Part shown: positions 26,291 to 39,796 of the stretch, piece after piece | How positions within the stretch are numbered: the stretch's first letter is position 1 | How the letters are laid out: each line of letters opens with the position of its first letter | Assembly (NCBI GenBank): GCA_951406725.2 | Contig: OX597827.1 | Span: 63,426,001 to 63,490,000, forward strand | DNA: 64,000 nucleotides | Origin: Octopus vulgaris | Taxonomy: Eukaryota | Direction of reading: 5' to 3' | Notes under the pieces: model-generated | The model's database searches: none | Told to the model about the DNA's origin: nothing | What the model saw: the letters and a program-made list of their open reading frames with translations, nothing else | Position numbers and translations under genes: made by a program

Positions 26291-26401
26291 TAATGGGGTT
26301 TTTTTTTAAATTTAAAATTGAAAATACTAACAAAAATAAAATATAAAAATTATAAGTGAAAAAATACGATTCTCGTTTCTTCTTTTTTTTTTTTTTTTTA
26401 G

Positions 26402-26425
26402 ATATTTCGTATCTGAATGGGAAAA
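26402..26425 (+). CDS. Candidate 24-nt microexon (YFVSEWE or ISYLNGK frame)
   Basis: Very strong acceptor (long T run + AG at 26400-26401), donor GTATGT at 26426; length multiple of 3. Confidence 0.35.
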
Positions 26426-26623
26426 GTATGTAATGTTTTTTTCTTCTTTCGTTTGTGCATGTGTGTGTGTGTGTGTGTGTGTGTTTTGTTTCGGATATTT
26501 TTTCATTTTGAATTTACAACATGTGTTATTTAATTTTTAAAGCGATAACAATGTGATATCAATGTCATAATAAATCAGATACAATCTAATAATGATAATA
26601 ATAATAATAATAATAATAATAAT

Positions 26624-26670
<47 letters not shown>

Positions 26671-27063
26671 TATTAAAAAAATATCAGGTTCTGATCTAAA
26701 TAAAATGTCTACCTGCATGAATGAGAAACGACGAGACGTTAAACGATAAACTACGGTAACGATAAAAAAGAAAAACACACTGTTTAGAGATTTTTTTTTT
26801 TAAAAAAAGGAAACAAGAACACTGCTTAGCAAAATGACAAAGAAATTAAAACTGGCGCCAAAGAATGATATATTATCAAGAATGTACGAAGAAAACCTCA
26901 TCTACAGACGAAATTTGACCGGCATTTGTATTTGAAACAGAACTAATAAAACTTCGAAAAACCAAGATGAAAACAATATAAATAGCAATAAAACAGAAGT
27001 TCCTGGGACGTTACAGTCTTGCATTCTAGGACTCCGCAGAGCCGATAATCCGGTCTCCATGGT

Positions 27064-27315
27064 GTACGAGGTGCTTTCAGAGAGTATCCGGTTTTATTAT
27101 TTCTTTTTTTCGCTAAAACTAATGCCATGTGGGCTGAATTCTTTGGGTGAGAGGTAGTGCTACCCTTACTGCGCAAGCGGGAAAATTTTCGCGACACTTG
27201 ATCAAGTTAGTTACCGGCTGTTTGGTGTATAGTACGGACGTGTATTGCGCGCTCGCCGGATTTTCCTTTTCACTCAAGCTGCCCGAACGCACCGAGAAGT
27301 AAAATTGATATGCCA
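27064..27315 (+). mobile_element. mariner-like 5' terminal remnant
   Basis: TACGAGGTGCTTTCAGAGAGTATCC...CGCTAAAACTAATG, same as 24932 fragment. Confidence 0.5.
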
Positions 27316-27321
27316 ACGGAA

Positions 27322-27541
27322 TGTGGCAGTTCTATAAAGGACGGTGTTACTGTTGTTTTAGCCCCAAGAAAATATCTTTTCCAGCTGACTATCGGCACAC
27401 AGTTTGTGTCCGTATAGCATTTGCAAGGGAGGTCCCTTCCAAATGCTATACGGACACGAACTGTGTGCCGATAGCCAATTGGAAAAGATGTTTTCCTGGG
27501 GATAAAACAACAATAACACCGTCCTTTATAGGACTGCCACA
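27322..27541. repeat. 220-bp fold-back palindrome (~109-bp arms, 2-nt loop)
   Basis: TGTGGCAG...GCAAGGGA GG TCCCTTCC...CTGCCACA; about 10 mismatches by eye. Confidence 0.95.
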
Positions 27542-27628
27542 GTCGTTTGACATATAAACTTTACTATTCGGTATTGTTACTGTATATCTCCCGCCCAGAG
27601 ATTTTAAACAAGTTGTTTCTCTCTCTTC

Positions 27629-27723
<95 letters not shown>

Positions 27724-27924
27724 ACCCTCTTTGGTCACGAAGGGGTTGCACCAACAAAGCTCCCCTGCATGGAGCATAACAAGATAGTGATGTGCCACAT
27801 AGAGTAGAATATGTAATAAGGATAATATTCATGGTGTGAGTAACGATGAGAATAAGCTACACCCGCCTGCGGATTTAATAAAAGACTTGACTTCAAATTC
27901 CAAAAACATTAGCGAATATTGTAG

Positions 27925-27968
27925 GCACCTGAAGAAGACCTGATGATAAAATGACCGAAACATTGTGA
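27925..27968 (+). ncRNA. Degenerate hammerhead-like motif related to 47112 element
   Basis: CAC-CTGAAGA...GAAA-CATT-GTG, followed by AACAAC..AAGA..ACA like the 47160 flank; helix II poorly paired. Confidence 0.35.
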
Positions 27969-28027
27969 CTATAACAACCACGAAGAAAACACAAGTCTGA
28001 ATATGCTAGTGAATGATAATGAAGGTG

Positions 28028-28690
28028 AAGGCGCATGGCTCAGTGGTTAGAGCGTCGAGCTTACGATCGCGACGTTGTGAGTTCGAATCCCGGACCGGGC
28101 TGCGTGTTGTGTTCTTGAGCAAAACATTTTATTTCACGTTGTTCCAGTTCACTCAGCTGTAGAAATGAGTTGCGACGTCACAGGTGCAAAGCTGTATCGG
28201 CCCCTTTGCCTTTCCCTTGGATAACATCAGTGGTGTGGAGAAGGGAGATCGGTATGCATGGGCCACTGCTGGTCTTCCATAAACATCATTGCCCGGACTT
28301 GTGCCTGGGAGGGTAACTTTCTTGGTGCAATCCCATAGTCAGTCATAACCGAAGGAGGTCTCTGCAGCGAAGGCGCATTGCTTAGTGGTTAGAGCGTCGG
28401 GCTCAGTCATGTAGTAGTAAGTTCGATTCCCAGGCCGGGCTGTGTGTTGTGTTCTTGAGCAAGACATTTTATTTCACATTGCGCCAGTTCATTCAGCTGT
28501 AGAAATGAGTTGCGACGTCACTGGTGCCAAGCTGTATCGGCCCCTTTGCCTTTCTGTTGGATAACATCAGTGGCGTGGAGACAGGCGGCTGCTATGCATG
28601 GGCGACTGCTGGTGATCTTCCACGAATGGCCTTGTCCGGACTTATGTAATCCCATGATCAGTCACAACAGAAAGGGATCTCTACCCTTTA
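28028..28690 (+). mobile_element. Two tandem CORE-type SINEs, family D (tail T3)
   Basis: Heads GGCGCAT(G/T)GCT(C/T)AGTGGTTAGAGCG..GTTCGA at ~28030 and ~28372; CORE-like GTGTTCTTGAGCAA...CAGCTGTAGAAATGAG. Confidence 0.85.
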
Positions 28691-29499
28691 AAATAAAAAT
28701 GAAGAATTCACGTTAGGTATTTGCATTCATTAGAACGTCAGTTTTCTGGAATCCTCTCCTTGAACACCATTCCTGCAAGTGTTGATTACGCAGCATCAAC
28801 TGAAGCGGAACAATAATGGCCTCATTTTCACGTGACTCAGGTATCTGTGACAACCGAGGACACGTATCTCTTTTTCAAAACCCAGCAAGTATAAAGAAAT
28901 CTGGTCATGTCTAATTCAATAGTGTCTGGTACAGAAGTACTGGAAATTTGTGTTATTGTATTCAAGATGTATATATAACGTCATTCCAGCATTTTAGCTT
29001 AAAATAACAGCGCCTTCTGAGTTTTTGTGCTTTATTAGAATTCCAAGAAAGTCAAAAGAATGGTTCTTTTCTTCTTTTCTTTCAAATGTGTCTTTTAATT
29101 CGATCATCATCTTCCACACATCTTCTTTCATATTAAAATCATGCTGAATGTTTTGACTTCTGTCTTTCAAGAATGACCAAGAATAATATGTAATTGAAGA
29201 GCATGATATTTCTTTAAACAAATCAGTATTACTTTTAACTTCAAAGAACAACATTTTTGCTATATTCCTTCTCTTCATCTCCGCAAATAATTTTTGCTTT
29301 TCTTTTATGAATTTATTGCACCACATCAACATTTTTCCATCACAAGATCCAATCTTTGTTGCTGTGCTGTGTGGTGGCTTGTATGCCTGAATGACTCTGA
29401 GAACGATGTTAACGAAGCGAAAGCTCTAAGTGGGACTTCTCATAACGGACAAGTTAAAAGATAGAAACTAGACGAATATAAAATACCTCTTCCCAGAGA

Positions 29500-29802
29500 T
29501 AAATATAGGTTTGCATTGGGCCAATATCTTTTAGAAAAAAAGCAGTCACAGAAGCATTGATGACAATTCAAAACTAAACAACACCTGGAAGAAGAAGACC
29601 CTTTCTCAGGGAAACGCATGGACTCACAAAGTAGGCGGAAGAGAGGACGTTCTAAAAATAACTGAAAGCAGGGTACTGAGACAGAGCTGCAAAAGTAGGG
29701 ATCCAAAAGGAGAGATGCAGAAGAGACAACCCGAAGTCGAGACTAAAGGAAAAAATATCGACAATAATCTGCACTCTATAGGGAGCGAAAAGCTTAAGTA
29801 AA
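29500..29802 (+). mobile_element. Decayed RTE/RTE-X LINE ORF2 C-terminus
   Basis: Translation SRRKRGRSKNN*KQGTETELQK...SRD*R...LHSIGSEKLK* fits the GKRKRGRPKNTWRR...QDR..WR pattern. Confidence 0.55.
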
Positions 29803-30164
29803 TTAAATATCAAATTCTTACAATATATGAGTAGGAGTGGCTGTGTGGTAAGTAGCTTGCTTACGAACCACATGGTTCCGGGTTCAGTCCCACTGCGTGG
29901 AACCTTGGGTGGGGGGGGGGCTTCTTTCAGTTTCCGTTGGCGAGATCCAATCCCTAGGCTTTGGTCAGCCTGGAGCTATACTAGAAAACACTTAAGCAAA
30001 TTCCGCGTAGTTGAACTGAACCAGGAATCATTGATTGAGAAGCAAGTTTCTTATCACACAGCCATGCCTGCCCCATTCTACATAGACTACAAATATGTCA
30101 ACTAAGGAAACGGTGTCTATTAGATCGATTGACATGCTATATATGTGTGTGTGTGTGTGTGTAA

Positions 30165-30440
30165 GCGCAATGGTCCAGTGGTTAGGGCAGCGGACTCGCG
30201 GTTGTAGGATCGCGGTTTCGATTCCCAGACCGGGCGTTGTGAGTGTTTATTGAGCGAAAACACCTAAAAGCTCCACGAGGCTCCGACAGGAGGTGGTGGC
30301 GATCCCTGCTGTACTCTTTCGCCACAACTTTCTCTCACTCTTTCTTCTGTTGGCCTGCTCGCTTAGGCAACTGGGTGGCGTCATTTGAAGGCTAAAACAA
30401 TGCGAAGCGCATTGTGACCAGCGATGTGTAGCATCATCTG
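30165..30440 (+). mobile_element. SINE family C (tail T4)
   Basis: Head GCGCAATGGTCCAGTGGTTAGGGCAGCGGACTCGCGG...GGTTTCGATTCC. Confidence 0.8.
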
Positions 30441-30458
30441 ATAGCCTGGTCGGTCACG

Positions 30459-30505
<47 letters not shown>

Positions 30506-31424
30506 CAAAATGGGACAAGAACGCAAAACATCCGGATAACTAGGTGATACAAAAAGGGACAACAAAACATCCAGATAGACGATACAAAAAAACAAGGACG
30601 AGTCATTCGAAGCCTTTTATCTTCAGTCAAGAACCGGATCATCCTCGCAATTTCGGCTGATTAATCTTGAGATTGCTCCAATCTGGCCAGCCCCAACGAA
30701 AAACTAAGCTAAGAGCATTAGATTCCTTGGAAAAAAAAAAGCATCGAATGTATACGAAAACAAGGATATATATCAACCAAATTCACTGAAATTACACGAC
30801 ACCAGTTTAGGAAAAAGATACATTGAGTACTTGAAACTGAGACGCTTAGACATTGGGAAAAGGCGGGATGGTATCTGTTGGTATCTTTTGACCATAGATT
30901 TGCTCGATCAGAACGACAACTTATATGAATTCTTCTCACCAGATATTTTCATCCGATTAATCCAAGCAGATCTGAAACTGTGAAGTAAATTTCGTTATTT
31001 TTATGAAACAACCAGAAAAGTTCTTGGTAATGAACGGTTTCTTTACAGAAAACTTTTTATAATGAATATCTATAATCTTTAAAAGATCAATATAAATAGT
31101 GATGGTGATGGTGATATATATATATGATCTGTATAACAGTTGCTAAAGAATTTTTCAAAATTCCTGATAAAAGATATAAAATCTGCGAAGAATGTTATCT
31201 CTTATTTGTCTTCTATTCTAACTCCATTCACATCTAAGATGGTTTATAAGGATATAAATTAATCTCAGAAATTGATTCATACTTTGTTTCTATTTACTCC
31301 TTCCCTACCGTAGAATGAAAGTTTAAGATGAATTTGGTGGGATTTGAGCCCGTCGTGTCATGTTTCCTTGTATATTTTTATTCACACAGAAGTTAAATTA
31401 TAAGAATTTTAAAATTAAAATGGG

Positions 31425-31810
31425 ATGGAAGCACTCTGTCGGTTACGACGATGAGGGTTCCGGTTGATCCGAATCAACGGAACAGCCTGCTCGTGAAATT
31501 AACGTGTAAGTGGCTGAGCACTCCACAGACACGTGCACCCGTAACGTAGTTCTCGGGGATATTCAGCGTGACACAGAGAGTGACAAGGCCGGCCCCTTGA
31601 AATACAGGTACAACAGAAACAGGAAGTAAGAGTGACAGAAAGTTGTGGTGAAAGAGTACAGCAGGGATCACCACCATCCCCTGCCGGAGCCTCGTGGAGC
31701 TTTTAGGTGTTTTCGCTCAATAAACACTCACAACGCCCGGCCTGGAAATCGAAACCACGATCCTATGACCGCGAGTCCGCTGCCCTAACCACTGGGCCAT
31801 TGCGCCTCCA
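31425..31810 (-). mobile_element. SINE family C, full copy (tail T2)
   Basis: Intact tRNA-like head GGAGGCGCAATGGCCCAGTGGTTAGGGCAGC on minus strand. Confidence 0.85.
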
Positions 31811-32039
31811 CAAAATTAAAATAGAGATTAGTTCTTGACTAATACTTTCTGTTATTGACCCCGGAAGGAGGAAAGATAAAGTTGGTCCCAACAATATTTG
31901 AACTCGGGACGTACAGGGATAAACGACAAAGTTGGTTCCAGTGATATTTGTAATCGGAACATAAAGGGCTGAAGGGCGAAGTTGGTCCCAGAGATACTTG
32001 AACTAGGAACGCAAAGGCAGTAGTTCTCAACCATGTTCT

Positions 32040-32318
32040 TCCTATGGACCTCTTTAATTCCTATTTCACTCGGATGGACCCCAACAGCCATTCAATGTTG
32101 CCGGTTTCCCGGTTTCCATGGCGTACAAATTACACACCTGGACGACGAAACGCCGGTTCGTCGCAGGATTACGCATTTTTGCCAGCTGAGAGGAATGGAG
32201 CAATATCAAATGACGTGTTTTGCTCAAGAATACAACGCGTAGCCCAGTCCAGGAATCGAAACCACAATCTTACGATCATGAGCCCAACACCCTAACCACT
32301 AAGCTACGAGCCTCCACT
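32040..32318 (-). mobile_element. CORE-type SINE family D (tail T1)
   Basis: Similar to 13325-13549. Confidence 0.75.
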
Positions 32319-32549
32319 GCTATGTAAATGGATGAACGTCGAAGTTACCCTTAGCGGTATTTGAACTCAGAATGTAAAAAAGTTATAACGATATAAGGCA
32401 AGAATTTTTTTCTCTACGTTCTAACGATTCCACGAATTTCACCTCCGTTTAGTATCTTTATATATGAGGCTTCTTTCACAATTCCGATGAAGGAGACTTT
32501 TACATCTTCTCAATTCCGACGTTTCACAGAAACAATATTAATTTCAAAT

Positions 32550-33202
32550 TTTGACACATGGCCAGCAAGTTCGGGGGAGATGTTAAGTCTATTACATTGA
32601 CCCCAGTTTTCATCTAGTACTTACTTTATCCATCCCGAAAGGATGAAAGACAAGGTCGACTTCGACGGAATTTGAACGCAGAACATGAAGACGGACGAAA
32701 TGCTACTAAGTATTTTGCCCGGCGTGCTAACGATTCTGCGAGCTCGCCACACTTTTCACAGAAAAAATATTGTTTATGGTAAGGCGGCGAGCTGGCAGAA
32801 AAGGTTAGCACGCCTTGAGAAATGCTTAGATGTATTTCGTCTGCCGCTACGTTCTGAGTTAAAATTGCGCCGAGGTCGACTTTGCCTTTCATCCTTTCGG
32901 GGTCGATTAAATAAGTACCGGTAATGCACTGGGGTCGATATAATCGACTTAATCCGTTTGTCTGTCCTTGTTTGTCCTCTCTGTGTTTAGTCCCTTGTGG
33001 GTAGTAAAGAAATAGATATTTCTTCTGCCACTACGTTCTGAGTTCAAATTCCGCCGAAGTCGACTTTGCCTTTCATCCTTCCGGAGTCGATTAAATAAGT
33101 ACCAGTTACGCATTACGGGGTCGATATAATCGACTGAATCCCTTTGTCTGTCCTTGTTTGTCCCCTCTATGTTTAGCCCCTTGTTGGCAATAAAGAAATA
33201 AG
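32550..33202. mobile_element. SINE family B: minus copy (~32550-32750) head-to-head with plus dimer (32781-33202)
   Basis: Family B sequence in both orientations ~30 bp apart. Confidence 0.85.
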
Positions 33203-34298
33203 ATGGCTTGTATCTGTAATTTAGAGTGTACGGTTTTGTCACACAGTGTCAGACACTGAGTCACGCTGATTCTGCCCGATAATTACACAAAGGTTACAGT
33301 TACAAGTATTTGTGGAATACTCAACCGCTTATACTTATAATTCATTGTATAAGTAGTTCAGCTGATCGAACATTTGGAATAGACGTCATCGAACCGACGG
33401 AGATCCATTTATTGACACTGTACACAAGTCTTCATTGCCGAAGATGACTCCTGCTGTAGATCATCCAATGATTGTTCTAGATTCTTCTGAGTGAATATTA
33501 GATACCCCATCTACATCAGAAGTGTAGGTCATGGCAACAGGTTGAATATCGTGCTGAATCTCATGCAGTAACAACTATAAGGTCGAAATTGCTATACATG
33601 TCAATACAAAATTGTTATGTATGTCGCAATTCATGAAATAATCCTCCTTCTTCTGCCTTCTGACAACAAGGAATCCACTGTCCAGCTCCTATATTATGTT
33701 TGACCATATATAGTAAATTCCCCCCGGTTAATAGATATAAGTGTTATATGTTTATATTTTTACACATTTATACACTTTTATTTTTCTTATGCTGTCCTTT
33801 AGGATCCTCCTTCCTTAGTCATATTGTTTTAATTGTTGCACTTAATCACTTATTTACTTGGTTTTAATTTTATTTTGCTCATTTACTTGCCCATAATGGC
33901 CATGGTTTACTTACATTTTGTCTTGATTTGATTTGTTTTATCGGTTAACCATCAACTGACCAGAACCACGTCATGGTTTTCAAAAAGAAAAAAAGCTGAC
34001 CAATTAGGTCATAGGACTGACCAAGACCCCCACCCACAGAGATTCTGAGACTTGCTGATTGGCAAAAAATAACGAACACTAACACTGCACTTTGGTCCCA
34101 CCTGGTTCCTTACTCTCATCAGTACACTTATATATCAAATTTTCCCATGATGGGTTCACCATCATAGGCTGCTTATGTCATAACATCTGCAACATTGCAC
34201 CTACTGACTGGCACTTTACATATATACTTTCTCCTCCGTAACACGGACCATACCTTCAAACCCACCACTGTATTTCTATGTAAATATAATGCAAACTA

Positions 34299-34683
34299 GG
34301 TGCAGGAGTGGAAGTGTGGTAAGTAGCTTGCTTACAAACCACATGGTTCTGGGTTCAGTCACACTGTGTGGCACCTTGGGCAAGTGTCTTCTACTATAGC
34401 CTCGGGCCAACCAAAGCCTTGTGAGTGGATTTTGTAGACCGAAACTGAAAGAAGCCCATTGTATATATGTGTGTATATGTTTGTGCGTCAGTGTTTGTCC
34501 CCCCAACATCGCTTGACAACCGATGCTGGTGTATTTATGTCCCCGTAACTTAGCAGTTCAGCAAAAGAGACCGATAGAATAAGTACTAGGCTTACAAAGA
34601 ATAAGTCCTGGGGTCGATTTGCTTGACTAAAGGCGGTGCTCCAGCATAGCCACAGTCAAATGACTGAAACAAGTAAAAGAGTA
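34299..34683 (+). mobile_element. SINE family A, full copy
   Basis: Complete head-to-tail match. Confidence 0.92.
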
Positions 34684-34954
34684 CTGCCTAAATTCACCCT
34701 TCCTGAAAAAACTCCTCCTGAGAACAACTGTATCCACCTATCCACAATTAGACGAAATAACATGGATCTTGGAACACATCACGGGAAGTCCCTAACTTAT
34801 TCTCCTTCCTATACCCTAATAATTTTACTAAGTTGTTCTTCACTAACACCTTCATGTTTGCCCCTATTATCTTTTCTGCCCTTTTAATTAGTCAAACACA
34901 CTGTACCTATTGTTAACTGATTCTTATATGTATTAGCCCTCCCGACCATTTAGA

Positions 34955-35078
34955 CCCTCTGAAGAATCCTAGAGGCACATTCATCATCCAAACTTTATCT
35001 GCCCATCCCTACAGAACACTGAGGAGATGGAGATGGCATGGAGGATTTCTTTGCCTCTTAGCAGAAATGACCGTAAGG
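34955..35078 (+). ncRNA. Hammerhead motif with extended helix II
   Basis: CCT-CTGAAGA (34959-34965), AGAGGCA...TGCCTCT stem around ~75 nt, GAAA (35064-35067), TGACC, GTA triplet, AGG pairing CCT. Confidence 0.55.
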
Positions 35079-35456
35079 AACTCAGTACCTTCTGACAATC
35101 TGATCTTTTGCTCTTTTCTGCTCTTTTCTGTAATATTAGTACATGTGTGTGTAACACACGGTTATTCAATGTGTATGTATTCTTCTAATACTTTCTATTA
35201 CTTTGGAATAAACAGACATACTAGAATGTCTACCAGCTGCTCTATGTCATTTTTGTATCCTCTCCATTTTCTTATTTGCCGTATTAATTAAGGGTAAACC
35301 ACTTTTTACCCCCACCCATATATAACACTCAGTTGCGAGATTGCCAAGCAATAACTAGCACTTGGGTATTAATAATTGGGTACACTACAAGCAGTATATA
35401 ATGGATAGGTACTATCCCTTAGTTGGTTGGTTTCCCAACCTCTAACTTACACAGAA

Positions 35457-35509
<53 letters not shown>

Positions 35510-35687
35510 GAAAATGGAGAAACATACTTAAATCAATAAAACATCCACTATCAGATGATACCCAATCAATACTTTATTACACCATTACATATCAGTAAAG
35601 GCATTATACAAAATATACAGTAAATGTAATAGACAAAGAGATATAAGTATAAAATTTCAAATATATATATATATATATATATATAAA

Positions 35688-35795
<108 letters not shown>

Positions 35796-35992
35796 ATAAG
35801 AAAATGGAGGGGATGAATAGGTGGTTCATCAACTTTTTGACATATTATGTCTATTTATTTATTTACTAAAATGACAATTACAAGAATATACATACATGTA
35901 TAACATTATGCTTTACATATAAAATATATTAATATATAAAGATACCAGTAATTATTAAAATATATAACATACAGGAATAGAAATTGGGAAAA

Positions 35993-36110
35993 TATCTTAC
36001 AGCTGTTTCAGCCAAGAGGCAAAAATACTTCATTCTACTTTTATCCCTCAAGTAGACTGAAGTAATTAGTAGATGAAATTGAGGTACTTGGGTGTTTCTC
36101 TAGGCTTCAT
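35993..36110 (-). ncRNA. 5'-truncated hammerhead motif with extended helix II
   Basis: Minus strand GAAGCCTAGAG...CTCTTGGCT-GAAA-CAGCT-GTA-AG; CTGA core lost at (TA)n junction. Confidence 0.45.
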
Positions 36111-36821
36111 ATATATATATATATACATATGAGCTTCTTCCAGTTTCTATTTATCATATTTTGGTGGTCCCAGGTTACAGAAGCACTGAGAGAGAGAGAG
36201 ATTTAACCCAGAATCACATATTTGGCAAACAAACTGCTTACCACACAACTACAATAACTACACCTATATAAAATATTCATATCATAATCAACCAAACTTA
36301 AAAATACAAAAATTGATTAATTAGAGATCTCATCACCTGTAAATAGTAGAAAAATTCACCAAAAAATAGAAATAGAATTTTGAATTTAAAATAAAAGTAT
36401 AACAGCTGCAAAATACTTGATATTTTATTTTTCAAAAGTAATATATTTTTGTTAAAATAGCATAATTTATTGTGTTCTGATTAAGACACGCATATGTATT
36501 ATTCACATACGATGATGATGATGATGATGATGAATGTATGTATGCACCTATTAAAGTCTGTTTTTATGTACTGTTATATAGGAAAACAGTTTTAGCATTC
36601 AGCTGAAGGATTGCTGAATAATTTTTGGTGGAGTGAATATTTATTAACTTTCCTGAGAGGAAAAGGTTGACAGAGACATCGAAATTTCCACCTGCACGCT
36701 TTCATCAGATTGATTGATTCATTGATAGGTTGGCTGGTTGGTAGGTAGGTAGGTAGGTAGGTAGACAGAATGACAAGGAGGACAAACACAGACACACACA
36801 CACACATATATATATGTGATG

Positions 36822-36970
36822 AGCTTCTTTCAGTTTCTGTCAACCAAATCCACTCACAAGGCTTCGGTTAGCCTGAGGCTATAGTAGAAGATACTTGCCC
36901 AAGGTGCCACACAGTGGGACTGAACTTGAAACCATGTGGTTGGTAAGCAAGCTACTTACCACACAGCCAC
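36822..36970 (-). mobile_element. SINE family A, 5' part
   Basis: Head similarity. Confidence 0.8.
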
Positions 36971-37029
36971 ATATAGATAGATAGATAGATAGATAGAAAA
37001 CCAAATATTAGATAGACAGATAAACAGAC

Positions 37030-37092
<63 letters not shown>

Positions 37093-37150
37093 TAGATAGA
37101 TAGATAGATAGAAAAACAAATATTAGATAGATAGATAGATATATATATAT

Positions 37151-37202
<52 letters not shown>

Positions 37203-37557
37203 ACAGACAGACAGACAATGACTGCGAGAGACAGTTGAGATAGTGATAATGTTGCGAGTGATGTAGGAGTTGATATTGTTTCATTTTAATTTTGCATAAT
37301 GTTTAAAATTAATGGAGAAAAGGAGAAAGTGGTCACATGACATGCATTATCCTCAAACCAGATGCCTCATATGTTTGACAATAAAAAAAAGACATATCTA
37401 ATTTTTGCAAAGTGAAACAAGACCATATTCAGGACCCGGTGTTGCCCTCCCAAAATTGAAAGGCACTATGAGATTTCTTTCATATTTGATTTGTTTATTC
37501 AGTTTAGAAAGCGGGGAGAGAAAGAGGGAAAAGGGGAATGAACAAGTAAAAAAATAT

Positions 37558-39495
37558 TCTTTTCTACTCTAGGCACAAGGCCTGAAATTTTTGGGGAGGG
37601 GGGGCAAGTCGATTAGATCAACCCCAGTACGCAACTGGTACTTAATTTATCGATCCCAAAAGGATGAAAGGCAAAGTTGACCTTGGAGAATTTGAACTCA
37701 GAGTATAAAGACAGACAAAATACCACTAAGCATTTGGCCCGGCATGCTAACATTTCTGCCAGCTCACCACCTTGAACAAGAGAAATATTCTTTTCTACTC
37801 GAGGAACAAGGCCTAAAATCTACTCTTTTACTTGTTTCAGTCATTTGACTGCGGCCATGCTGGAGCACCGCCTTTAGTCGAGCAAATCGACCCCGGGACT
37901 TATTCTTTGTAAGCCCAGTACTTATTCTATCAGTCTCTTTTGCCGAACCGCTAAGTTACGGGGGACGTAAACACACCAGCATCGGTTGTCAAGCAATGCT
38001 AGGGGGACAAACACACACACACAAACACACACACATACACATATACATATATACAACAGGCTTCTTTCAGTTTCCGTCTACCAAATCCACTCACAAGGCA
38101 TTGGTCGGCCCGGGGCTATAGCAGAAGACACCTGCCCAATATGCCACACAGTGGGACTGAACCCGGAACCATGTGGTTGGTTAGCAAGCTACTTACCACA
38201 CAGCCACTCCTGATTAGATTGACCCCAGTATGCAACTGGTATTTAATGTATTGTCCCCAAGAAGATGAAAGGCAAAGTCAACCTCAGTGGAATTTGAACT
38301 CAGAACATAAAGACAGACAAAATAACTATTTCTTTACTACCCACACACAAGTGGCTAAATCCATTCACAGGACTTTAGTTAGCCTGAGGCTGTAGTAGAA
38401 GACACTTGCCCCAAGGTGCCATGCAGTGGGACTGAACCCAGAACCATGTGGCTGGGAAACAAACTTCCTACCACACAGTCACACTTGTACCTGTATTCAA
38501 TGTTCAATGTTTTCTCCAATCTTTTAGATATTCAGGTGCAAGTTAAAGATCTTTTTCTGCTGCTTTGCTTTTGCTTGTTTCACTGAGTGGAATATGGCCA
38601 TACTGCAGCACCATCTGGCACTTATTTTATTGGTCTCTTTCACCAAATTGCTAAGTTACAGGGACATAAACAAACCAACACAGCTTATCAAGTAAGGAGG
38701 AGCACGAACACAAAGATACACATATACACTTCCCTCTTTAGACTTTTCCCTTTTTTTTTTCAGATGAAGAGGCTATGCTCGAAACATCAAAAACTCTCTC
38801 TTTTTACAGAGCCTCAAGCTAATACATTTCTTACTTTTTTACTCTTTTATTTGTTTCAGTCATTTGACTGTGGCCATGCTGGAGTACCACCTTTAGTCGA
38901 GCAAAGCAAATCAACCCCAGGACTTATTCTTTGTAAGCCTGGTACTTATTCTATCAGTCTCTTTTGCCGAACAACTAAGTTACGGGGACAGCATCGGTTG
39001 TCAAGCAATGTTGGGGAGACTAACACAGACACACCATTATATACACACACACATACATATATATATATATACATACATATATACGACAGGCTTCTTTCAG
39101 TTTCCATCTACCAAATTCACTCACAAGGCTTTGGTCAGCCCGAGGCTATAGTAGAAGACACTTGCCCAAGGTGTCACACAGTGGGACTGAACCCGGAACC
39201 ATGTGGTTGGTAAGCAAGTTACTTACCACACAGCCACTGTTTGGTATTGTTAATTTTATCGTTTGTTTATTTGATTTTTTTTTATCCATTTTTTTTTTTT
39301 ACATGTTTCAACCGTTCGATTATGTTATTCAATAGTCTCCTCTTTATGGCTGGGTCTCTTTCAGTTACCACCAACCAAATCCACTCACAGGGATTTGGTC
39401 AGCCTAAGACTATAGTAGAAGATACTTGCCCAAAGTGCCATACGGTGGGATTGAACCTGGAAACATGTGGTTGGGGAGCAAGCTTCTTACCACAT
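37558..39495 (-). mobile_element. Cluster of nested minus-strand SINE A and B copies
   Basis: B 37560-37775, A 37822-38210, B 38215-38345, A fragments 38350-38490, 38835-39238, 39355-39495. Confidence 0.85.
38755..38793 (+). ncRNA. Degenerate minimal hammerhead motif
   Basis: TTTT-CAGATGA-A-GAG-GCTATG-CTC-GAAA-CATC-AAAA; two deviations from CTGATGA...GAAACGTC. Confidence 0.4.
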
Positions 39496-39504
39496 AGCTA
39501 CCCC

Positions 39505-39750
39505 TGGCACGTAAAAAGCACCATCCGACTGTAGCCATTTGCCAGCCTCGTCTGGCACCTGTGTTGGTGGCACGTAAAAAGTGCCCACTACACTCACGGA
39601 GTGGTTGGCGTTAGGAAGGGCATCCAGCTGTAGAAACTCTGCCAGATTAGACTGGGCCTGGTGCAGCCTTCTGGCTTCCCAGATCCCAGTTGAACCGTCC
39701 AACCCATGCTAGCATGGAAAGCAGATGCTAAATGATGATGATGATGATGA

Positions 39751-39754
<4 letters not shown>
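39505..39754 (+). mobile_element. 5'-truncated RTE 3' UTR copy with (GAT)n tail
   Basis: Matches 51480-51698. Confidence 0.85.

Positions 39755-39796
<42 letters not shown>

Noticed and set aside
28028-28105. tRNA gene (also 14576, 30165, 31810)
   Set aside because: tRNA-like heads run directly into SINE bodies, with poor acceptor stems and no terminator.
30595-30635. Minus-strand CTGAAGA...GAAT hammerhead-like motif (similar partial motif at 49455-49500)
   Set aside because: GAAA core or stems missing; at most distant PLE-terminal relics.
38587-39213. 208-aa ORF and similar EDTCPRCH peptides
   Set aside because: Antisense translation of SINE family A, recurring wherever the SINE occurs.
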